Assembly: GCA_036229005.1 (NCBI GenBank)
Contig: JAZAMN010000050.1
Location: forward strand, 32,001 to 96,000
Direction: 5' to 3'
Length of the DNA stretch: 64,000 nt
Source of the DNA: Myxococcota bacterium
Lineage (GTDB): Bacteria > Myxococcota_A > UBA796 > CAJQPC01
In this document: in pieces, positions 1 to 10,000 of the stretch
How the letters are laid out: each line of letters opens with the position of its first letter
How positions within the stretch are numbered: the stretch's first letter is position 1
Program-made: the position numbers and the translations under genes
The notes under the pieces: model-generated
Told to the model about the DNA's origin: nothing
Databases searched by the model: none
Seen by the model: the letters and a program-made list of their open reading frames with translations, nothing else

Positions 1-2
1 GG

Positions 3-3000
3 GGGAGCGCGGCGCTGCCGGGGCCCAACCCTGAGGTCGAGCCTGAGGTGATCGTGAAGGAAGTGGTGAAGGAAGTCATCAAGGAGGTTGAGGTGATCAA
101 GGAGGTCCCTGTCGAGGTGCATGTTCCCGTTGCGGGCTCCGCTCAGGCGGTGCACACGGCTGCTCCGACGATGCACACCTCGGCCCAGGCTCCTGCCGTC
201 GCCGCAGCACCGCTGGACAGCGGCGTGCTCGGTGCGTTCCAGGATGCGCAGCGTCAGACCATGGAGGCGCATGCAAGCTGGCAGAAGGCGATGGCGGACA
301 CGCACATGGCTTTCCTGCAGAGCGTTGAGCAGTCGTTTGCTGGGCTGAACCAGCTCATGGGAGCCGCTCCGGTGCGTGCGGCCGCCCTGGCACCGGTCGC
401 GATGTCCCCGGCGCAGCCGGTGGCCGCTGCACCTCGGCCGATGCCTACGCCTGCACCTGTCCAGGCTCGGATGCCCGAAGCGCAGCCGGTCGCCACACCG
501 GCTCCGAGCGCTGCTCCCCGGCCTCAAGTGTCGAACACCTCGGCCACTCCTCGCCTGGACAACCTGCTCAGCCCAGCGGCGGAGGCCAAGCCTGCTCCTG
601 CGGTGAAGCCTGCAGTGGTGAAGGCTGTTCCCGCTGCTCCTTCCCTTGACCTGGCCGCGCTGCTGCTCAAGGTGGTCGCGGCGAAGACTGGCTACCCCGA
701 GGAGATGCTGTCTTCCGAGATGGACCTGGAGGCGGACCTGGGCGTGGACTCGATCAAGCGGGTGGAGATCCTGAGCGCGATGCGCGAGGAGGCGCCCGAG
801 CTGCCCGAGGTGGACGCCGGTGAGATGTCGGCGCTCCGTACCCTGGGTCAGATCGCGGAGTACATGGGGGCTGCCGCTGGCGCGAGCGTCTCTGCAGCGC
901 CTGCTGCTGCTGCCCTGCCTGCAGGTCTGGACCTGAACGCGCTGCTGCTCAAGGTGGTCGCGGAGAAGACCGGGTACCCCGAGGAGATGCTGTCCTCCGA
1001 GATGGATCTGGAGGCGGACCTGGGCGTGGACTCGATCAAGCGGGTGGAGATCCTGAGCGCGATGCGTGAGGAGGCTCCCGAGCTCCCCGAGGTGGACGCC
1101 GGTGAGATGGCCGCGCTCCGTACCTTGGGGCAGATCGCTGAGTACATGGGGGCTGCCGCTGGTGCGGGCGTCTCCGCAGCGCCTGCTGCTGCTGCTGCCC
1201 TGCCTGCAGGTCTGGACCTGAACGCGCTGCTGCTCAAGGTGGTCGCGGAGAAGACTGGCTACCCCGTCGAGATGCTGTCTTCGGAGATGGACCTGGAGGC
1301 GGACCTGGGCGTGGACTCGATCAAGCGTGTCGAGATCCTGAGCGCGATGCGCGAGGAGGCCCCTGAGCTTCCCGAGGTGGACGCCGGTGAGATGGCCGCG
1401 CTCCGGACCCTGGGTCAGATCGCTGAGTACATGGGGGCTGCTGCTGGTGTCGCCGCTCCCGCTGCTCCGGCGCCCGCAGTGGCGGCTCCTGCCGGTCCGA
1501 GCCTGGACCTGAACGCGCTGCTGATGAAGGTCGTGGCGGAGAAGACCGGGTACCCCGCGGAGATGCTGTCTTCGGGGATGGACCTGGAGGCGGACTTGGG
1601 GATCGACTCCATCAAGCGGGTGGAGATCCTGAGCGCGATGCGCGAGGAGGCTCCTGAGCTTCCCGAGGTGGACGCCGGCGAGATGGCCGCCCTCCGTACC
1701 CTGGGGCAGATCGTGGAGTACATGGGCCAGGCCGGTGGTGGGGCTACGGCTCCCAAGGCAGCTCCTGTGTCCGGCCCGACCGCCGCAGAGGCCGGTGTGT
1801 CCCGCTACGTGTTGGACGCTGAGGAGGCGGAGGCCGCCGGTCTGACGCTGCCTGGCTTGGGCCAGGGGGTCTGGCTGCTTCCGGATGACCAGGGCGTGGC
1901 CGAGGCGCTCGCCGCGGTCCTGTCGAACGCTGGGATTCAGGTCCGGGTGGGAGATTCGCCTGGGAGCGAGAAGGCGCTGGTTGCGCTCAAGGGCCTCAGC
2001 GAGCTGGACGGCGTTGCTGCTGATCAGGCTGCGTTGGAGGTCTTCCGGGCAGCGCGGGCGGTCGCGGGAGACTGCGCGGCCTTCGTGACTGTGCAAGACA
2101 CCGGAGGAGATTTCGGTCTCCGCGGTGCGGGCAACCCCTGGTTGGGCGGCTTCGCGGGGCTGGCCAAGACGGCCGCCCTGGAGTGGCCGGCCGCGGGGGT
2201 GAAGGCCATCGACCTGGAGAAGGGGGGCCGCTCCGCACAGGAGCTGGCCCAGGCCATCGCCGGTGAGCTGCTGGCGGGTGGACCCGAGCGCGAGGTCGGC
2301 CTGCAGGCGGACGGGACGCGGGTTCGCCTGCTCAGCCGTGAGGCAGAGGTGGAAGGCGGTGCTGCGTCGGTCGATGCGGACAGCGTCCTGCTGGTCTCCG
2401 GCGGCGCTCGGGGGGTGACGGCTGCGACGGTCATCGCCCTGGGGCAGGCCACCAAGGCCAGCTTCGTGCTGTTGGGCCGGACCCAGCTCGGGGACGAGCC
2501 TGCGGCGGTCGCTGGGCTCAGCTCCGACGCTGAGATGAAGCGCGCGCTGCTGGTCGCGGCCAAGAACAGCGGGCAGGCCATCACGCCGGCCGAGCTCGGA
2601 AAGACGGTGAAGAAGGTCATGGCCTGGCGCGAGATCCGCGCCACGCTCAAGGCCCTCGAGGCCGCCGGCTCCAAGGCGCGGTACGTGAGCGTGAGCGTGA
2701 CGGACGCTCCGGCGCTGGGAGCGCTGGTTCAGGAGGTCGAGTCCCAGTGGGGCCCGGTCACCGGGGTCATCCACGGTGCTGGCGTGCTCGCCGACAAGGC
2801 GATCGTCGACAAGACCGACGACCAGTTCCAGTTGGTCTACAACACCAAGATCCAGGGCCTCCGGGCGCTGATGGAGGCGACCAAGCAGAGCCCGATCCGT
2901 ACCTGGGTCCAGTTCTCCTCCGTCGCGGCTCGCGCGGGGAACACCGGGCAGTGTGACTACGCGATGGCCAACGAGGTGTTGAACAAGACGGCCGGCCAGA

Positions 3001-4025
3001 TGGCGGCTCAGCATCCCGATTGGACGGTGAAGTCCCTGAACTGGGGCCCCTGGGAGGGGGGCATGGTCACGCCGGCCCTCAAGGCGCGCTTCCAGTCCCT
3101 GGGGGTGCCGCTGATTCCACTGGAGGTGGGCGCTCGGATGCTCGTGGACGAGCTCCAGGGGAGTGCACGCAGCCGCGTGGAGCTGGTCTTGGGCGGTGAG
3201 CCCAAGCCCGAGGCGCTGCTCTCGGAGGGAAATGACGGGGGCGCCGACACCTTCGAGGTCCGTGTCGGCGCCGGATCCCACGCATGGCTGCAGGACCACA
3301 GCATCAAGGAGACCCCGGTCGTTCCGGTCGTGCTCGTCCTGGAGTGGTTCGCTCGGGCCGCGAAGGCCGCCCGTCCGGATCTGCGCCTGGTCGCCTGCGA
3401 GGACCTGCGGGTGCTCAAGGGCATCAACCTGGAGCGCTTCAAGGAGGAGGGCCACGGCTTCCGCATCCAGGTGCGTCAGCTCTCCAACGGCCAGGGCGTC
3501 GTCTTGGGCATGGAGCTGCTCGGTGCCGAGGATCGCCGTCACTACAGCGCACGGGCCGTGATGGCACAGCGCACGGACGCCTTGAGCGCGGCTGACACCC
3601 TCTCCAGTCTTGAAGACTGGAAGGGCGAGGTCTATGGCGATGTGCTCTTCCATGGTCCGGAGCTCCAGGTCATCACCGACCTTGAAGGGGTCTCCGATGA
3701 GGGCCTCGCCGCGCGACTGAGCGGTACGGCGGAGCGAAGCTGGCAGCCGGAGCCCTGGAAGACCGACGTGGCCGCAATGGACGGTGGGCTCCAGATGGCG
3801 CTCCTGTGGGCCAAGCGGATGCTGGGTGGCGCGAGCCTCCCGACCGCGGTCGGTCGCTACGAAGGCACCGGTGAGCTCCCCAGCGGGCCCATCAGCGCTG
3901 TGCTGCGGGGCAAGGTCGTCGGAAGCTCCAAGACCGTGTCGGAGATCGTCTTCACCTCGGAGCAGGGGGAGCCCATCGCCCGCCTCTCCGGCGTCGAGAC
4001 CCACTTGCTGCCCAAGCGGAGCTGA
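3..4025 (+). CDS. pfaA: PUFA synthase subunit Pfa2/PfaA-like, C-terminal part (linker, 4 tandem ACPs, KR, PKS-type DH); 5'-truncated by window edge
   Basis: Frame is open from base 3. Four ACP units contain KTGYP...DLEADLG(V/I)DSIKRVEIL; KR has SGGARGVT and GQCDYAMANEVL; DH has WLQDHSIKETPVVPVV and LFHGP. Confidence 0.9.
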   Translation, partial: GSAALPGPNPEVEPEVIVKEVVKEVIKEVEVIKEVPVEVHVPVAGSAQAVHTAAPTMHTSAQAPAVAAAPLDSGVLGAFQDAQRQTMEAHASWQKAMADTHMAFLQSVEQSFAGLNQLMGAAPVRAAALAPVAMSPAQPVAAAPRPMPTPAPVQARMPEAQPVATPAPSAAPRPQVSNTSATPRLDNLLSPAAEAKPAPAVKPAVVKAVPAAPSLDLAALLLKVVAAKTGYPEEMLSSEMDLEADLGVDSIKRVEILSAMREEAPELPEVDAGEMSALRTLGQIAEYMGAAAGASVSAAPAAAALPAGLDLNALLLKVVAEKTGYPEEMLSSEMDLEADLGVDSIKRVEILSAMREEAPELPEVDAGEMAALRTLGQIAEYMGAAAGAGVSAAPAAAAALPAGLDLNALLLKVVAEKTGYPVEMLSSEMDLEADLGVDSIKRVEILSAMREEAPELPEVDAGEMAALRTLGQIAEYMGAAAGVAAPAAPAPAVAAPAGPSLDLNALLMKVVAEKTGYPAEMLSSGMDLEADLGIDSIKRVEILSAMREEAPELPEVDAGEMAALRTLGQIVEYMGQAGGGATAPKAAPVSGPTAAEAGVSRYVLDAEEAEAAGLTLPGLGQGVWLLPDDQGVAEALAAVLSNAGIQVRVGDSPGSEKALVALKGLSELDGVAADQAALEVFRAARAVAGDCAAFVTVQDTGGDFGLRGAGNPWLGGFAGLAKTAALEWPAAGVKAIDLEKGGRSAQELAQAIAGELLAGGPEREVGLQADGTRVRLLSREAEVEGGAASVDADSVLLVSGGARGVTAATVIALGQATKASFVLLGRTQLGDEPAAVAGLSSDAEMKRALLVAAKNSGQAITPAELGKTVKKVMAWREIRATLKALEAAGSKARYVSVSVTDAPALGALVQEVESQWGPVTGVIHGAGVLADKAIVDKTDDQFQLVYNTKIQGLRALMEATKQSPIRTWVQFSSVAARAGNTGQCDYAMANEVLNKTAGQMAAQHPDWTVKSLNWGPWEGGMVTPALKARFQSLGVPLIPLEVGARMLVDELQGSARSRVELVLGGEPKPEALLSEGNDGGADTFEVRVGAGSHAWLQDHSIKETPVVPVVLVLEWFARAAKAARPDLRLVACEDLRVLKGINLERFKEEGHGFRIQVRQLSNGQGVVLGMELLGAEDRRHYSARAVMAQRTDALSAADTLSSLEDWKGEVYGDVLFHGPELQVITDLEGVSDEGLAARLSGTAERSWQPEPWKTDVAAMDGGLQMALLWAKRMLGGASLPTAVGRYEGTGELPSGPISAVLRGKVVGSSKTVSEIVFTSEQGEPIARLSGVETHLLPKRS
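646..1725 (+). repeat. Four near-identical intragenic tandem repeats (~280-290 nt) encoding ACP domains
   Basis: Units begin near 646, 927, 1212 and 1504 (ctgctgctcaaggtggtcgcgg...gagatcctgagcgcgatgcg...), separated by Ala/Pro linkers. Confidence 0.9.
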
Positions 4026-4028
4026 ACG

Positions 4029-7000
4029 TTGTTCGAGCCCATTGCCATCGTCGGGCGGGCCTGTGTCCTGCCCGGCGCTCTCAGCCCAGAGCAGCTCTGG
4101 GAGAAGGTCCTCGCGGGCCAGGACCTCGTCTCCAACGCCCCCTCCGGGCGCTGGGGGGTGAGCCGGTCCAAGATCCTCTCCAGCCCTCAAGATCCGCAGG
4201 ACCACGCGTGGTCGGATCGGGGGGGCTACGTCGAGGGCTTCGAGCAGGTCTTCGACCCGCAGGGTTTTGAGCTGAGTGCCACCGAGATCGGTGGCCTGGA
4301 CCCGCTGTTCCAGTGGCTCCTGCACACGGGCCGGCAGGCGCTGAGCGAGGTCCGTGGGGCCCCGCGGAGGCGCACCGGCGTGGTGGTGGGCAACCTGGGC
4401 TTCCCCTCGTCCTCCATGAGCCGCTACGCCGAGACTGTGTGGCTCGGCGATGCGCAGGCCCAGGCGCTTGGAATCCCGAAGGTGGACGCTCGGAACCGTT
4501 TCATGTCTGGGTTGCCGGCGCACCTGCTGGCCCAGGCCCTCGGGCTTGGCGGTCCGGCTTTCGCGTTGGATGCGGCCTGCGCGAGCTCGCTCTACGCGCT
4601 CAAGCTGGCCTGCGACCGTCTGCAGGACCGCGAAGCGGATCTGATGTTGGCGGGGGCGGTGAATCGCTCCGACGACCTGTTCATCCACGTGGGCTTCTGC
4701 GCCTTGAGCGCGATGTCCAAGACCGGGCGGAGCAGGCCCTTCCACGCGCAGGCGGACGGGCTCGTCCCGGGTGAGGGGGCTGGAATCCTGGCCCTCAAGC
4801 GGCTCTCGGATGCCCAGCGGGATGGGGACACCATCCACGGTGTGATCCGAGGGGTCGGCCTGAGCAACGACGGGCGGGGCAGGGGACTGCTTGCGCCCTC
4901 CTCGGCAGGTCAGGTCCGGGCGATGGAGTCCGCGTTCACCCAGAGCGGTTGGACTCCGACGGATGTGACGCTGCTGGAGTGTCACGCGACGGGGACCACC
5001 GTCGGGGACGGCACGGAGCTGGACTCCATGTCCCAGGTCTATGCGTCTTGTCAGCAGCTCCCCATCGGCTCGCTCAAGTCGAACATGGGGCACCTGATCA
5101 CGGCCGCTGGCGTGGCTGGCATCATCAAGGTGCTCGAGGCTATGCGCCACGGGCAGCGGCCGCCCACCCTGCATGTGGAGCAGCCCCATCCCAAGCTGTC
5201 GGGCGGACCCTTCCGGCTGCTGACTGCGGCCGAGCCCTGGGACGGGCCTCGCCGTGCGGGCGTCAGCGCTTTCGGGTTCGGCGGCAACAACGCCCACGTC
5301 CTGCTCGAGCAGAGCCCGTCCCAGGCGCCCAGCGCCGAGCCCTCTCCCAGTGGTCCCATCGCGGTCGTGGGGCTGGGGACCCTGGTCGGTGACACCCAGG
5401 GCCTCGCAGGCTTCTCCGAGGCGTTGGAGTCGGGTGTCGTTTCCAGGCGAGGGGAGCAGGTCGCGCTGCCGCTCAAGCGGATGCGCTTTCCTCCCAACGA
5501 CCTCAAGCAGGCCCTCGGTCAGCAGACCGCGCTGCTTGCTGCGGCGGAGGAGGCAGTCCAGGGGCTCACGCTGCCCCCCGAGAAGACCTCGGTCCTGGTG
5601 GGGATGGGGACCGACCCCAACGTGTGTCGCTATGGCGCTCGGTGGCGGTCCGCGGACTGGGCCCCCCAGCTTGGGATGGAGCTCAGTACGCTCCGAGAGG
5701 CCTTCGTGCCGGTGCTCGAGGCGGCTGGTGTGCTGGGGACGATGCCCAACATCCCGGCCAACCGCCTGAACAGCCAGCTCGACCTGGGCGGCCCCAGCAT
5801 GGTGGTCTGCTCCGAGGAGCTCTCGGGTCTGCGTGCCCTGAATCTGGCGGCGCGCGCCCTGCGCAAGGGGGAGACCGACGCTGCGGTGGTCGGCGCCGTG
5901 GACCTGTGCTCTGACCCCGTCCACACCCGCGCAGCTCTCAGCCTGGGCCAGCGAGAGCCAGGGGGAGACGCCGCGGTGGTCGTGGTCCTCAAGCGCCTGG
6001 AGGATGCGCAGGCAGCGGGAGACAAGGTGCTCGCGGTGCTCGATGAGGCCGATGCCCCACCGCTCAGCCCCGATGGCCTCCGACGCCTGGTAGGACACAC
6101 GCACGCAGCCGAGGGCCTGTTGTTGGCCGCGGCCGCCATCCTGGATTGCATGGAGGGCCGCCGCGAGGGCGCCCTCCTGGACCTTGAAGCCCTGGGAGGA
6201 CAGCGCGAGAGCAGCGTGATCCTCTCCGCGGGCACCCAGCCCATCCCCGAGTACCAGCCCGAGGGGCCGCTGCTGCGGCTCCCGCTGCACTTGCCCGAGA
6301 TTCAGCTTCCCAAGGCCGCTGCGGCCATGGAGCCCCAACCGATGTCCGAGTCCGCGCTCTCTCCCTCCGGTGTCCAGACCATGGCGCCGGCGCCCGTCCT
6401 TCCCTCGGTGATGTCCGCCGGGGCGGAGCCTCCGCGCCCCCCTGTGCAGAAGACGGCGGTGCAGAAGGCCGCTGCGCTCCCGCCGGCTGCCCCGATGCCA
6501 CAGCCCATCGCGCCCCAGCAGCCCGTTGTGCCCCAGGTGCAGGCTCCGGTCGGGGGGGCATTCACTCACCCCCAGGCGGCGCAACTGGCTCAGCAGCTCG
6601 CGGCGCAGCAGCGCATGCTCACCCAGGTCCACCAGCAGTTCTTGGCCCAACAGGCCGAGGTCCAGCAGCGCTTCCTGGGGATGCGTCAGCGTGCCCTACA
6701 GACCCTGGTCGGGGCTGCCGGATCTCCGCTGATGCAGGCGGCCCAGGTGGCAGCCCCCACCCAGGCCCAGAGCGTGCCGACCCCCGCGCTCCACGCTCCC
6801 CGGAGCCCCGCGACCCCGAGCGCCCCCGCCGCTCCTCGCGTGCAGGCTCCCGTGCCGAGCCCGGTCGTGGGGCAGGTGGCCAAGGCGGTGAACCCACCCG
6901 CTCCGAAGGCCCAGGTCCCGCTCGCTCCCGTCCCCGCGAAGGCCCCCGCGCCCAAGCCGGCGCCCAAGGCTGCCGCCAAGGCCGAGCCTGCTGGGTTCAA

Positions 7001-10000
7001 GGACCCCAAGCACCCCTGGCGTACCGATCCGATGGCTCCCCCCGTGCCCTTCCGGGCGCGCCCCAAGGCCGAGGAGCTCCCCGGCCTCAAGCTGGACCGG
7101 GACGGGCTCATGGTCCACGCCGGCGGCAAGATCTCCGAGATCTACGGGGAGCAGTTCAAGCCCCAGGACGACTACGTCCGCCAGTGCCGGATGCCGCTGC
7201 CTCCGCTGCTGTTGGCTGACCGCCTGCTGGGCATCGACGCTGAGGCGGGTTCCATGGGGCGGGGCACCCTGTGGACCGAGACCGATGTGACCGAGGACGC
7301 CTGGTACCTGCACCAGGGACGCATGCCCGCGGGCATCATGATCGAGTCCGGTCAGGCCGACCTGATGCTGATCTCCTACCTGGGCATCGACTTGCAGCAC
7401 CAGGGCGACCGCATCTACCGCCTGCTGGGCTGCACCCTGACCTACCACGACTCGCTCCCGCAGCCGGGCGAGACGCTGACCTACGACATCCACGTGGACG
7501 GGCACGCCAAGCACGGCGACAAGCGCCTGTTCTTCTTCCACTACGACTGCCGGGTCGAGGGCAAGCCCCGCCTGACGGTCCGCCAGGGCCAGGCCGGGTT
7601 CTTCACGGACGCCGAGCTGCTGGAGTCCGGCGGCATCCTGTGGACCGCAGAAGAGGGCGAGTGCGTCGAGAACCCGCGCATGGACGAGCCGGACCTGCTC
7701 ACCACCAAGCGCTCGCTGAGCAACGCCGAGCTGGTGGCCTTCTCGGAGGGGCGCACCTCGGACTGCTTCGGGCCCGAGTTCTATCTGTCTGACGCCCACA
7801 CCCGCACCCCCCGCATCAGCGGCGGCAAGATGCTCTACCTGGACGAGGTCACCGACTTTGTCCCCAAGGGCGGCCCCTGGGGGCGTGGCTACCTGCGCGC
7901 GATCGACAAGGTGCACCCCACCCACTGGTTCTTCGAGGGGCACTTCCACAACGACCCCTGCATGCCCGGCAACCTGATGTTCGAGGGCTGCCTGCAGGCC
8001 ATGGCCGTCTACATGGCGGGCCTGGGCTTCACGGTGGATCGCGACGGCTGGCGCTTCGAGCCCGTGCCCGAGGAGCCCTACAAGCTGCTCTGCCGCGGTC
8101 AGGTCGACCCCAGCTCCCAGGAGCTGGTCTACGAGATCTTCGTCGAGGAGATCATCGCCGGCCCCGAGCCCACCATCTACGCAGACATGCTCTGCACGGT
8201 CGACGGCCTCAAGGCCTTCCACTGTCGCCGGATGGGCCTGCGTCTGGTCCCGAGCTGGCCTCTGGACTCCCGCGAGGACATGCCCGCCGACCACGAGGCC
8301 CGCGGGGTGGTCAAGCAGGCCCCCAGCGCCGCGCTGGAGTGGACCGGTGCGCCCCTCAAGAAGTTGGACACGCCCACCGAGCCCTTCCAGTTCGACTACC
8401 GCTCCCTGCTGGCCTGCGCCTGGTCTCGCCCGTCCAAGGCCTTCGGCCCCATGTACGAGACCTTCGACAGCACCCGCCGCGTCGCGCGCCTGCCGGGCCC
8501 GCCCTACCACTTCATGTCCCGGGTGAGCCAGATCGACGGCACCTTGGGCGGCATGTCCATCGGCGACAAGGTGGTCCTGGACTACGACATCCCCGAGAAG
8601 GCCTGGTACTTCTTGGAGAACGGCGCCCCCACCATGCCCTTCTGCGTGCTGCTTGAGGCGGCGCTCCAGCCCTGCGGTTGGCTTGCGAGCTTTGTCGGCT
8701 CCGCGCTGACCGTGGAGAACGACCTGTTCTTCCGGAACCTGGACGGCACCGGTGATCTGAAGGTGGAGCTGCTCCCGACCTGCGGGACCCTGCGCACCGA
8801 GGTCACCATCACCAACATCTCCCAGTCCGCCGGGATGATCATCGAGTCCTTCAAGGTGGACTGCTTCCTGGAGCACGAGGGCGAGCAGGTCCACGTCTAC
8901 GACCTCAAGACCGTGTTCGGCTTCTTCCCCAAGGTCGCCCTGGACAACCAGAAGGGCCTGCCCATCCTGCCCGAGCACAAGGCTGTGTTCGACGCGGAGT
9001 ACGAGGGTGAGGTGGTCGACCTGGACCGCTACAAGCCCGCTGGCGCCCCCCTGGCCCGGCCCTACCTGCGCATGATCGACAAGGTCACCGGTCGCTGGCC
9101 CGAGGGTGGGCAGGCCGGTCTGGGTGCGTGGCGCGCCGAGAAGGCCGTGGACACCAAGGAGTGGTTCTTCAAGGCCCACTTCTTCCAGGACCCCGTCCAG
9201 CCCGGCTCCCTGGGCATCGAGGCCCTGCTCCAGCTCGCCCAGTTCGCCATGCAGGACCTGGGGATGGACGCCGGCATCGAGCAGCCCCGCTTTGAGCCCG
9301 TCGAGCTCGGCCGCCCCATGTCCTGGAAGTACCGCGGCCAGGTTCGCACCTTCAACAAGCTCATCGGCTCCACCATCGAGATCACCGAGAAGGGCACGGA
9401 CGACGCCGGCAACCCCTTCATTGTCTGCAAGGGCAGCCTGTGGGTCGACGGCATGCGGATCTACGAGACCGAGAACATGGGCATGAAGGTCGTCTCCGGC
9501 GCTGCGGTCAAGCAGCCCGGTGGGGTCGGCCCCGCCCAGATGAGCGCCCCCACCCACGACGTGGTGCTGGACCCCGACGGCGAGCACGCCTGGCTGCGGG
9601 ATCACTGCCCCACCTGGACCGTGCCTGCCGCCCCCATGATGTGGATGGTGGACCGCATCGCCCAGGTGGCGTTCGAGGGCGGGGAGGGCCGCCTGGTCCT
9701 GGGCGTCCAGGACGTGGCCGTCAAGCGCTGGCTGGTCGCGGATGCCCCCACCAAGGTCAGCGCCGCGCTCCGCTACGAGAACGACCACATCCACGTCACC
9801 CTGAGTGATGAGGACGGCGTGGTCTGCACCGGCCGCGCCCACATGGGCTGGGAGCCGCTGGCCGGAGAGCACGGCTGGCCTGCGCTGGAGGCCGCCGAGG
9901 TCCCCAGCCCCTACGCCGCCGGCACCCTGTTCCACGGACCGCTGTTCCAGCTCCAGGAGTCCCTGCGCATGGGCGATGGCGGCAGCTCGGCCGTCCTCCG

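Noticed and set aside
646..1725. Tandem repeats considered as a CRISPR array or mobile element
   Set aside because: They are in-frame ACP domain repeats with no spacer structure and no cas or transposase genes.
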